64,000 nt of DNA from Octopus sinensis (taxonomy: Eukaryota): contig NC_043021.1 in NCBI RefSeq assembly GCF_006345805.1, forward strand, positions 3,224,001 through 3,288,000, given 5' to 3'. Shown here piece by piece: positions 1-10,817 of the stretch. The notes under the pieces were generated by a model. The model worked only from the letters and a program-made list of their open reading frames with translations, was not told the DNA's origin and did not search any database. Made by a program: the position numbers and the translations under genes. How positions within the stretch are numbered: the first letter of the stretch is position 1; the number at the start of each line of letters is the position of its first letter.

Positions 1-247
1 GTATCTACAGGGGTAGAATTTGAATGAGAAATATGTTGAGAAAATCAGTCCAAAACTAAAACAGGGGTGGAAATTAAAATGATTCGTTACAATTTTATAT
101 TTGGGTTTACGTGAAATACTTAGGGAGCGCCTTTCTCCCTTCCCACAAAAATAAGAAAAGCTGGTTTCATTTCATACCCAGTAAATAATTATAAAGCTTG
201 AATTTTTTTTATTTAACTTCTATATTAGCTATGATAAAAAAAAAAAG

Positions 248-829
248 AACATTATTTCAGCCTAGCTGTCAGAGAAAAACCATTGTTCCACTGTGGGAAA
301 AGTTCTGTTGCTGTGTTAATTTAAATTTGGCTTTGGTGGATCGAATCCACTCCATGCTTGCAAGATCCTCTACAGATGTGAATCTTCGGCCGTTAATACG
401 AAGGTGAGTCACATTCACGAGAGAATGCTGAAAAGTTCTTGGCTTTGGGTAAAAGAAAATACAGGAGGATCGGTTAATTATGATTTTATTCAACATATTC
501 CGCTCTCAGATTTATACACTTATTGCAGCGGTCCTTCAGTTTTTTTAAGCCCTATGAAAGGGGCTCAGAAGGTTGGGCTCCCAACCAACTATTTCGCGAT
601 ACCCTTGAAGCCAGGAACTTTTCAGCATCCCTTCGTATTAACGGCCAAAGATTCACATATGTAGTGGATTTTGCAAGCATGAAGTGGATTCGATCCACCA
701 TAGCCAAATTTAAATTAACACAGCAACAGAACTTTTCCCACGGTGGAACAATGGTTTTTCTCTGACAGCAGTTTTACATTTTCCAGATGCCTTCAGCTAG
801 GCCGAAATAAGGTCTTCACCACTTGACCC
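248..829. mobile_element. Foldback/composite element: ~150-190 bp inverted outer arms around a mariner-type MITE
   Basis: 248-396 is the reverse complement of 638-~810, and the left arm lacks ~25 bp. A solo copy of the arm lies at 15539-15720. Confidence 0.7.
397..637. mobile_element. Mariner-type MITE
   Basis: Ends read TACGAAGG...TGCTGAAAAGTTC(C/T)TGGCTT on both strands (the left end is interrupted by ~20 bp). TA termini, no coding capacity. Confidence 0.7.
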
Positions 830-2069
830 TTTCTAACCTCTTCTACTTCACCAAAAGCTAGAATAGAAATAACAAGACCACTAACTAAATCTATTGTTCT
901 CAATGGTATATCTATCCTTCTGGATAGTTAGAAAAGCAAGCACATCCCAAGCAAAAGGCAGTTAGTCACAGTCGGTGACGACTCAACCAGGAAGTCACTC
1001 CGGTGACAACGAAGTCTGGCTGACCAGCTAGAACCTTGGTCAGAGGGAGAAATGAAGTTTACTGTCAGCAACTGTGAGACAACACCATACAACTCTCACT
1101 AGCTCTAATTCTGTTCTCTTACAACATCATTCTATCTCTCTCTGTAATTACTACTAAACAATGAAGAGGACACAAACACAAACTTTACTTTGCATGCTTT
1201 TGGATTTATCAAAACCTGCTCGTCGAAGCAAGATATTGTAACGTAACGGTAAATAAATACTTTCTTAAAACTTCATGCATTGTTCATCTTTCACATGCTA
1301 CAACATGACGTTATAATAACAAATTTTTATCGTTCCAACTGCTGACTCCGACATTTCATAATATTGTGTACCTAATCAATCTTACCTGCTACAATTGGTA
1401 ACTATACTCTAATAAAAACCTAACCGTTACACATATTAACAGTCAAAGAGCCGGATATGATTCGCGAGCTACGGTCTGGCCACCTCGTAAGTACACACAT
1501 ACATGTAAGCATGTCTATGTGAGTGTGTGCGTCTTTGTGTTTCCCCGTGCCACCGCTTGACGATCAGTGTTGGTGTGTTTACATTCATGTAACCATAGCA
1601 GTTTGGTAAAAGACAAAAAAAACATAGAATACCAGACTTTAAAAATAAGTACTTATGTCGATTTGTTCGATTAAAACCTTTCAAGGCTGTGCCCCAGCAT
1701 GGCCGCAGTGCAATGCCAGAGACCAGTAAATGAGAAAAAATACTGCTGACCAATTTTGAAACTGAAACATAGCTCAGACTGAAAGTTAAAATCTTGTATG
1801 AGATAATAAAATTTTGGGGCTTCAAACTACTTTTTTTTTTTTCAACGAAATTTTTTCGTTTGAATATTCGAAATTGAATTTTTGATGTCTGGTTCAATCC
1901 TCGCAAGAAACAAACGAATGCCCACCATCACCAGACTGAGCGATTTTTAGATCATGTGTTTGATGACAATTCCATTTCCTGTAGTAACCTTTTAGCATTC
2001 AAATTACCCTGCCAAATGTAATACTTATATTTATTAACATGGTTTTGAATTAATCATGTATTAATCATC

Positions 2070-2131
2070 ACACTGCTGTTACCCTAGGGTAACAGCAGTG
2101 TCGTATTTGATCCCCGCTCTGGGATCAAATA
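2070..2131. repeat. Perfect 32-bp palindrome followed by an 11-bp hairpin
   Basis: ACACTGCTGTTACCCTAGGGTAACAGCAGTGT (2070-2101), then TATTTGATCCC-cgctct-GGGATCAAATA (2104-2131). Confidence 0.95.
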
Positions 2132-2476
2132 TGTCGTTGCAGGCATTGTTGTCAGAATACTAACTTTTAGTTTTTTGTTTCAGGTCCTGAGCGCATTGGG
2201 AAGCTCAGAACATTAAGGGCCAAACAAATATCGCAAGGCCGCTAAAAGTCCCGCCAGTTCACCAACCTTGATTGATACTCGTTTTTATCGACCCCCACAA
2301 AAGGATGAAAATATAAAGCTGACTTCAGTAGGATTTGAACTTAGGGCACAGAATCGGAAAAAAAATTACCAGAAAGACAGTACCCTATCCAACCCTTTAA
2401 CAATTCAGCCAGCTCACTGCCTTCTGAAGAGGGAAAAATAGCCGAAAATTAATATCGCTTTCAATATGTTTTATCT

Positions 2477-2830
2477 TTTACTTCTTTCAGTCACTGGAAT
2501 GCGACCATTGTGGGGAAACCACCTTGAAGAATTTAGTCAAACAAATCGACCCCAGTACTTATTTTTAATATCTGGTACCTATTCTATCGGTCTCTTTTGC
2601 CGAACCGCTTGACTTCAGGGACGTTAACAAACCAACATTGGTTGTCAAGCGAAGTGGGAGTAAACACACACACGCACACACCCACACACACGTCTTCCAC
2701 ACTTTTCGCCGACCAAATTCACTCAGAAGGCATTGGTTAGCTCTGGGTTATAGAAAAACACATTCTCAAAGTGTTGCGCAGTGGGACTGAACTTGAAACC
2801 ACATCGTTGCAAAGCGAGCTTCTTAACTAC
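2477..2830 (-). mobile_element. tRNA-derived SINE, family A, diverged copy
   Basis: Colinear with the family A copies at 23552 and 56229 (ttttacttctttcagtca... tail, internal CA run). Confidence 0.75.
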
Positions 2831-2884
2831 ACACAGATAGATATAAGCCGGACGATTTGTTTGTTAATTTAACCGTAGATTGTT

Positions 2885-3116
2885 ACTCTTTACTCTTTTT
2901 TACTCTTTTACTTGTTTCAGTCATTTGACTGCGGCCATGCTGGAGCACCGCCTTTAATCGAGCAACTCGACCCCGGGACTTATTCTTTTTTGTAAGCCCA
3001 GTACTTATTCTATCGGTCTCTTTTGCCGAACCGCTAAGTAACGGGGACATAAACACACCAGCATCGGTTGTCAAGCAATGCTAGGGGGACAAACACAGAC
3101 ACACAAACACACACGC

Positions 3117-3151
<35 letters not shown>

Positions 3152-3252
3152 CACGACGGGCCTCTTTCAGTTTCCGTCTACCAAATCCACTCACAAGGCA
3201 TTGGTCGGCCTGGGGCTATAGCAGAAGACACTCGCCCAAGGTGCCACGCAGG
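2885..3252 (-). mobile_element. tRNA-derived SINE, family A, head truncated
   Basis: (TACTCTTT)n tail, body nearly identical to 22212-22607, internal (CA)/(TA) run. Confidence 0.9.
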
Positions 3253-3606
3253 TATGGCTTTCGAAATTCGATTTGCTTTATCTCCTCTTAGTTCTAACAA
3301 TTGTTTTTGACATGTCACGGCAACTTCTGCAACATTTGCAGTTAAAATATTCACCATCCACTCATATGGCTCCAGGTTTGGAATATCACTGAATCCTTTT
3401 TGTTATTTCTCCATATCCATTTTAAGTTCATTGAGTTAACAACTAAACATTCCAATCTCTTCTGCAGTTTTACAGCAGCTTAAATTCTATAATAATTCTT
3501 TGAACCCAAAAGTCTCAATCCATTGATTTCTGAGCACACAAGGACAAAAAAAACAAAAAAACCATTAGTGCATTTCGCATTCAAAGTTTAAAAATTAACG
3601 TTTTAA

Positions 3607-3826
3607 CCCTTTAGTGTTCTGATTATTCTATCAAACATAATGCTTTTTGATTCCCATTGATTTGAATTAATCATGCATTATGTCATATCTTCAAGATCTT
3701 GATGGTGTAATTACTTAATGTAGAATAACATTGTAGGGTAGGTGTGAGAGCCTGGATCTGGTCAGTTTGAACATAAAACAGATTAGCTATTTTGGCCAGA
3801 TATGGCCGGTTTAAATACTAAAAGGG
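3607..3826. mobile_element. piggyBac-like MITE
   Basis: TTAA|CCCTTTAGT ... ACTAAAAGGG|TTAA. TTAA target duplication, CCC/GGG termini, 220 bp. Confidence 0.75.
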
Positions 3827-5574
3827 TTAAAGTTAGAAAAAAATATGTATAAAATATGTAAAGGCGGTGCTCCAGCATGGCCGCAGTCAAGTGACTGAAA
3901 CAACTAAAAGAGTAAAGAGTATATAGAAAATTATTACTCACCTCGTTTTATTAATCATACTTTTGTGTAAACCCAATTATGAATAATACGTTTTGAAGAT
4001 GCTCTCAAGTATTAATATAGATTTTCTGAAGCTTTAAATTGTATTTTAAGGAATCCGTGAAATACTGACAGACTCTTTGTGGGGCGTCATTTTGAGAACT
4101 TCTGCTGCAAATTGATGAAATTTATGTCCTGAAAAAATGACGGAAAAAAAGTTTTATTTTTTTTTAAATAAATAAAGAAATTTTTTTTTTTCAGTTAAGT
4201 ACAATATTGGCTCCTTACAGGTGCAAATTAATTTCACTGAATTTTTTTTTAAATGTTTGCCAAATATCAACCTCATTTTCAGTGTCAAGAAACAATACGA
4301 CATTTGCACATAATTCAACAAAAACGCACCAAGCACCCACTGAGAACTGAGAGCTCACGAATTTGTGTAAGAGTAGCTGTCAAACTATTCTGTCATTAGG
4401 CTTGATCTTATTTATAGCCCTAATTATTAAGTTCAATTATGAATGAAGACTTACACTTAAATTATTTTCCTACAAGATGTTGCCTGCGTACAACACAATA
4501 GATACACAAAACGTTTGGGCTTTAACTTCGTACGTCTGTAGGATACAAAATAATCAGTTTCTGTATTTAAAATAGCCAGGAGTTTTAAGGGTTTTCACGT
4601 CATGCTACTAAAGTGCTGAAAACCATTCACTCCGCTTCGGCTTTGGATCAAGTGTCATGATGAATTTACCGAAGAGTTGACGTACCAAGGTCAATAAATG
4701 AATCCCAATATTAAAAAAAAAAAAAGATAGTCGCCACCTACAATGCAGCTCTCATCAACATGCTCGAGAATCTAAAAGGCTAAGAACATAAAAAAAAAAC
4801 ACGACCTCTTTCAACTTAATTAAAGTCAATAAACTAGAAATTGAAACATCAATAGCATACATCAATATTCCCTGCCGTCCAGGGGTAGGGTTACAATGAT
4901 ATACTTAATTCGAAACTCCCCTTTAGCATTATTAAAAATTTGTACCCACCCAGAAAATTCTGAAACACTCCAAGGCACCAAAGTCTGGCGATGGGCCTGC
5001 TGCAGTCTCGCAGACAACGAAATGCCGTGGAGACAAGAGCAACGAGATGCAAGACTTCAGTTCGAAACAACCTGGCAAACCCGCCCGAGGAAACAAGTGA
5101 CACCAAAACAGAAACAATGGACTGAAGCCGATAGACGAGTCTGCTTGAGAGAACAAGTGTTAAAAGAAGAAAGGCAGCCAGAAATGCCCACTCCTGAAAA
5201 AAAGAAACATCAGAGTAAAAACAAGTCAGGTTGGGATTTAGACCCCTTTCTCGTGAAGAGTAGCGACTAGCTGCCTTTAACTACGATCTTGGCAGATGGG
5301 CATTACGACAGCTGCCAATAGGTGCTTTATGAATAGATTTAAGCACAATGCAGACCGCGGTGAAGGCCAGCCGAGCGCTTGCTTGCTGGCTTGCTTGCAA
5401 CACACACACACCTCCCTGTTTTTCATTCAGAAGCTATTGAATGATAACACGAGGACACAGTTGAAATCATCTGCTCCGTGAACCGCAAAGAGGAATCCAA
5501 CTTAAGCTGTTGTTTTAACAATAACAGAACAAAAACAACCCACCGCATATGCTTTTACACATATCTGAATAAAT

Positions 5575-5923
5575 TCCGAATCAACGGAACAGCCTGCTCG
5601 TTAAATTAACGTGTAAGTGGCTGAGCACTCCACAGACACGTGCACCCTTAACGTAGTTCTCGGGGATATTCAGCGTGACACAGAGAGTGACAAGGCCGGC
5701 CCCTTGAAATACAGGTACAAACAGAAACAGGAAGTAAGAGTGGAGTGAGAGAAAGTTGAGGCGAAAGAGTACAACAGGGGTCGCCACCATCTCCTGCCGG
5801 AGCATCGTGGAGCTTTAGGTGTTTTTGCTCAATAAACACACACAACGCCCGGTCTGGGAATCGAAACCGCGATCCTCCGACCGCGAGTCCGCTGCCCTAA
5901 CCACTGGGCCATTGCGCCTCCAC
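5575..5923 (-). mobile_element. tRNA-derived SINE, family B, with 10-bp TSD
   Basis: Minus-strand head GGAGGCGCAATGGCCCAGTGG (A box) ... GGTTTCGATTCC (B box). TSD CTGAATAAAT at 5565-5574 and 5924-5933. Homologous to 20829-21201. Confidence 0.9.
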
Positions 5924-6497
5924 CTGAATAAATGCATATCGTTGCTGTCGCCGAGGTTTCCGTTACGACGTTAATTTAACCTCAAACCTGACTTTGCTGC
6001 GTATCTTTCGCTGATTTGTAAGTCAGCTATTTTCATAGAGTATGATTTGTGACGGAAGCCAAAAATAAAATATGGTGAGGATTTCTTGTAAAAATCACAA
6101 TTTCTTTCGTCTGCAAAGAAATTTGACGATCACAAGTATAGGAATGCTTTAACAGCAAATATCGTCCTGTCGAGGAATGCTGGGTGAAACTTATACGTGA
6201 CACGTCAGAAATAGAAGTATTTAGTTTCGGATACTGTTTCTGATTTGTATGCATTCTTTTTAAAGACCATCTGTATTCAGTGGAGCAAATAATAATGATT
6301 TTAAATTTTGGTACAAAACCTGAAATTTGGGCGAGGGGGACAGTCAATAACATCGACCCCAGTACTTGACTGGTGTTGTAGACAATGGGCAACGTTGATT
6401 GTTCAAGTTTGTTGTGATGATTACATAACAACTGGTACTTATTTTATCGACCCAGAAATGATGAAAGGCAAAGTCGACTTCGGCGGTGTTTGAACTC

Positions 6498-6787
6498 CCG
6501 TCACGTGGAGGACGGATCCGGCCATCGTCCGAGTACATCGTGAAGTTCGCCCTGCCTCCTTCCTTTGGCCGGGAAGGACAGGCAGTTTAGGCAGTTCTTC
6601 TCTGAAAAGGAAAGTGAGGCTGGAGAGATAGGTGCTGTCACCCTGTAAGTTTGTTGAAAGGTGGGTGAATGAAGAAAGAATGGCCCGTGTGAATGGGGCC
6701 TGCTCTAAGTATGTGCCTGTTGGCCGAATGGAATAAGGAGAGGGGTGTTTACCTGAGGTGCCTTGGTGTTAGATGGCCCAAAGTGTG
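6498..6787 (+). pseudogene. Tx1/L1-clade LINE ORF2 C-terminus and 3' region, continuing at 9003-9060; host of the LTR insertion
   Basis: Translates in pieces as GRIRPSSEYIVKFALPPSFGREGQAV and LKRKVRLER...KFVERWVNEERMARVNG. The start overlaps the end of the Tx1 copy at 16012. Confidence 0.7.
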
Positions 6788-7205
6788 TGTAGTGATGCTA
6801 CTGTGTAGGGTTCGGCGCGCATGCGCAGAATGGGACTACTTCCGGGTGGCCACCGGAAGTCTTCCCCATGCGCATGTGCGGGAAAACATCTCTCGAGCCC
6901 GCGAACCTCAAATCGCTCTCTTCGGCTCAAGACAGCACTGCGATCGGTCACGGTTTTCCTGGCTCTGACAGCCACACACCAGCTTCAACCAACTTCAACC
7001 AACCTCAACGACCAACACCAGCAGTATCTCAGAGGCTGTCTATTCCCCCATCAGACAACGTACAACCATGAATCAATAAACCAAGTTGTCTGTTCACCTT
7101 TAACCTGAGTTTCGTCTGTTTGCTTTCTACAAGAATTTTTGTATGTGACTAGAAAGGATCTCGACACCCTACCAGTGCTTCGATGATAGATCCTTTCACA
7201 TTACA
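6788..7205 (+). repeat. 5' LTR
   Basis: Matches 8585-9002 with no difference seen by eye, and the ORF-track peptides are identical at offset 1797. AATAAA at 7075-7080. Confidence 0.97.
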
Positions 7206-7207
7206 AT

Positions 7208-7225
7208 TGGTGACCCCGACGTGAT
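7208..7225 (+). promoter_or_regulatory. Primer-binding site complementary to the tRNA-Trp 3' end
   Basis: TGGTGACCCCGACGTGAT, 2 nt after the LTR. It is the reverse complement of ATCACGTCGGGGTCACCA, the metazoan tRNA-Trp(CCA) 3' end as I recall it. Confidence 0.9.
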
Positions 7226-7247
7226 GTGAAAGGATCTATCATCGAAG

Positions 7248-8456
7248 CACTCCTTATCACATCCTGGCATCGCTGCCACCCTCAAACTAATCACTGCTCG
7301 GTTTTTCTGGCCGAATATGCGTCGCACAATTACTTGTTGGACACGCACCTGCTCCAAGTGTCAACGATCCAAGATTCAACGGCACGTTCGTGCCCCGCTT
7401 GGACAATTTCCCCCCACGGAGGCCCGTTTTCGCCATGTCCACATCGATCTGGTTGGACCATGGCCTGTGAGTCGCGGGTTCTCTTATCTATTAACTTGTG
7501 TCGATCGTTTCTCCCGCTGGCCAGAAGCCATTCCGATAGCAGACATTTCTGCTGAGACTGTTGCGCGAGAGCTTTCGTTTCAAACTGGATTTCTCGCTTC
7601 GAGTCCCGTCCCGATTGACAACTGATCGTGGACGACAGTTTGAGGCCTCGCTATTTCGCGAATTGTCGCGAATTTTGGGTATGCACCATATCACACACCC
7701 AAGCTACCATCCAGCGTCTAATGGATTGGTTGAGCGGTTCCATAGACAGCTCAAGGCCGCTCTTCGTGCCTCTTCGGACCCACAGTCCTGGATCGAATTT
7801 CTGCCCATTGTGCTTCTCGGCTGTCGGACTGCTGTCAAGGCAGACCTGGGGTTTTCTGCTGCAGAGCTGCTGTATGGTACCACACTGGCATTGCCCGGTA
7901 CGATGTTGGTGCCAGACACTTCCCCGCCCCATGATCCGGCGACCTATGTCACCAGACTGCGGGAATATTTTTCAAACCTTCCGCCCATGCTTCCCAGAAA
8001 GCAATCTCCACCGTCCCATCTTCCACCGGATATGAACACCTGGTCGCATGTTTTTGTTCGGGACGATTCTGTGAAGGGCCCACTTGTTTCTCCCTATAAA
8101 GGACCTTTTCGTGTGCTTTCTCGCACACCAAAGGTTTTCACGATTGAGATAAATGGTCGTTCGGAGACCGTTTCCGTGGACCGTTTAAAAAAGGCACATT
8201 TTGAGACGTCTTCATCTTTTGATGACAACCTTGACACACCCACCTATGCACCTTTAACAACACTTTCACCTGCACAAACGCCTTCACCTGTACAAACGCC
8301 TCACCTGCACAAACGCCTTCACCTGCACAATCACCTTCACCGGCTCCTACAACACCACCCTCGCCGTCAACGGGTGCCCCGAGCACACCGTATGTTACAA
8401 AATCGGGCAGAACAGTGCATTGGCCCAAGAAACTTTCAAAAACAATTTACATTTAA
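7248..8456 (+). pseudogene. Gypsy-type integrase, frameshifted
   Basis: HSLSHPG...CSKC (HHCC), HIDLVGP (D), TTDRG (D), NGLVERFH (E), SPYKGPFRV (GPY/F) and TKSGRTVHWP tail. Indels at ~7568 (+GA), ~7591 (-G) and ~8302 (-T). Confidence 0.93.
8275..8342 (+). repeat. 18-bp tandem repeat (PSPAQT) in the integrase tail
   Basis: About 4 units of CCTTCACCTGCACAAACG; one unit lacks a T. Confidence 0.85.
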
Positions 8457-8572
8457 CTTTCTTTAAAATGTTCTTCTTGTATAATAGTATGTACCAAGTC
8501 TTCTGGGGGATCGGCAAGCCTTCTGTTTTCTGCAGCACCACCACAATATTCTGGTTGCCGTACTTCGCACTC

Positions 8573-8584
8573 GGAGGGGAGCCC
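8573..8584 (+). promoter_or_regulatory. Polypurine tract
   Basis: GGAGGGGAGCCC directly before the 3' LTR TGT. Confidence 0.8.
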
Positions 8585-9002
8585 TGTAGTGATGCTACTG
8601 TGTAGGGTTCGGCGCGCATGCGCAGAATGGGACTACTTCCGGGTGGCCACCGGAAGTCTTCCCCATGCGCATGTGCGGGAAAACATCTCTCGAGCCCGCG
8701 AACCTCAAATCGCTCTCTTCGGCTCAAGACAGCACTGCGATCGGTCACGGTTTTCCTGGCTCTGACAGCCACACACCAGCTTCAACCAACTTCAACCAAC
8801 CTCAACGACCAACACCAGCAGTATCTCAGAGGCTGTCTATTCCCCCATCAGACAACGTACAACCATGAATCAATAAACCAAGTTGTCTGTTCACCTTTAA
8901 CCTGAGTTTCGTCTGTTTGCTTTCTACAAGAATTTTTGTATGTGACTAGAAAGGATCTCGACACCCTACCAGTGCTTCGATGATAGATCCTTTCACATTA
9001 CA
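8585..9002 (+). repeat. 3' LTR
   Basis: Direct repeat of 6788-7205. Confidence 0.97.
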
Positions 9003-10681
9003 TGTGTGAGGATCCTTTGGTCACCTCTTGGTGGAACTCCCCACTACTGGGGAAGTACATTGTACACAGTATTTCGTCGGTCGCTACATTCTCAGTTCAA
9101 ATTCCGCCGAGGTCGACTTTGCCTTTCATCCTTTCGGGGTCGATAAATTAAGTACCAGTTGCATACTGAGATCGATCTAATCGACTGGCCCCCTCCTCCA
9201 AAATTTCAGGCCTTGTGCCTAGAGTAGAAAGGATTATTATTATTATTATTATCATTATTAGTATTATTAAGGCGGCGAGCTGATAGAATCACTAGTATTC
9301 CGGGCAAAATGCTTAGTGGTATTTCGCCCGTCGCTACAATATGACACCAAGAAAATGTAATTGTATACCTATTGTAAAAACTATTCACCGGTAGAGCAAT
9401 AACAATAAAACTAGTATAGATAACAATCATACAATTGTTCATAAGGTTACTTATCTATACTTGTTTTTACCTACTGAAAATAGTAATAGTAGTACAATGC
9501 AAATAATTGTAGTACCTCTTGTAGTGATGAATATCCCATGCAATGCTTATATAATTTTATAATCTAATTTAATATACTAATTAATTCAAAAATATGTGTA
9601 GCGAGACTAATTTCATAATTGCAAGATTTAGACTTAAATAGTCTGAAAAGGGCTCCACGGGTCAAGTCTCTAATGACTGGTCAGGCCACCTGTCTGGTGA
9701 CGCTGAAATACTTTGTCGAAATTGGGTTGGTTTAGTTTTACGCGGGAATCGGAGTGCGCAATAGACCCCACCAAACGCAATAGACCCCACCAAACACAGC
9801 AAATTCTAAATGTTCGTCTGAGCCATTTTTTTTTTGTAAATAGATAGCATGAAGCTTTTCATTTTAGCAGAGGGAAAAGAGTTTGTTTTCACATTGTTTT
9901 TGTTCTTGTTGAAGCACGTGTAACCAAGTTCGACTGAGCTGAGACGTCAAATGTGTGTATGGAATGTTCTACTGACAACATTCTTCGTGGTGTATTCATT
10001 TCGTTGGCTGCTGTATAATTTTATTTAGCTGCAGAATAAAAATATCCCTGTTAACTGAACAGCTCGTCTTTGCTACTATTTCCACCGTTTTATATGCAAC
10101 TCATGGGAAGCAAGATTTTGTTTTAAGAGGGCCAGAGACACTTCCTTCCAGTTAAATATGCAATCACTTGATATTGAACACCTAATTCAGTTTTCAACTT
10201 ATTTTTTAAATATTCTTTTTATATATAGCTATGTCTGTATATGTGTATCTCTGTAAATGGAATATAAACATTATTATTCTATTGTGTGTGTGTGTGTGAA
10301 TATGCGTATCTATTTCTATAGATACGCATATTGTATTTGTAGATCCATTATTTAGGCAGAATGGTATACATGTAAGATTCCAATACCTTGTGAGTAAAAT
10401 CCAATAGTATTTAAAATTGCTCATTCCAAGTATAGAGTTTGTACACAGTGCAATCGAATCAAGGGTTTTATATATATATATATATATATATATGAAGAAT
10501 GGAGTTGAACGACGAATTAACAAAATGTGAATTTGCTACCCAGGTATCGGTTAACCGAATTATCCATAACAAGATAATTCATTCAACTACTCAAATATTT
10601 ATATATATATATATATATATATATAAATGGCGGTGCCCCAGCATGGCCACAGCTCATGAGCTGAAACTAGAATCAATCAAT

Positions 10682-10723
<42 letters not shown>

Positions 10724-10817
10724 TTATATATATATATATTATATATATATATATATTACATCTGCGTGAGTGAATGTATATTTATGTGTGCATGTTAAAT
10801 GTACGTGTGTGTATGTA

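Larger units (their letters stand above)
6788..9002 (+). mobile_element. Non-autonomous Gypsy/Ty3-type LTR retrotransposon, 2215 bp, retaining only integrase
   Basis: Two 418-bp LTRs (TGTAG...TTACA), 4-bp TSD TGTG (6784-6787 and 9003-9006), PBS, PPT and integrase with HHCC/DDE/GPF motifs. No gag, PR, RT or RH. Confidence 0.97.

Noticed and set aside
1158-1245. ATGAAGA-GGAC...GTC-GAAG-CAAGATATTG-TA in an LTR-like segment
   Set aside because: Two core positions differ and there is no stem I pairing. Too degenerate to call.
2421-2458. CTGAAGA-GG...CC-GAAA-ATTAAT hammerhead-like string
   Set aside because: No stem I and the stem III/UH register does not fit.
2883-3310. Recurrent short ORFs such as MTTDAGVF... 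and MSSNARGTNTDTQ... at many loci
   Set aside because: Translations of SINE family A and microsatellites, not genes.
4896-5270. 124-aa ORF and other 60-150 aa ORFs in unique sequence
   Set aside because: No domain motifs, no supporting splice structure, and lengths within chance expectation.
5842-5921. tRNA-like sequence with A and B boxes (also at 20830 and 45826)
   Set aside because: It is the head of a SINE with a repeat body (TSD-flanked at 5575 and 20829), not a tRNA gene.
6821-7108. 95-aa and 67-aa ORFs duplicated at 8618-8905
   Set aside because: Incidental frames within the LTRs with no recognisable motif.
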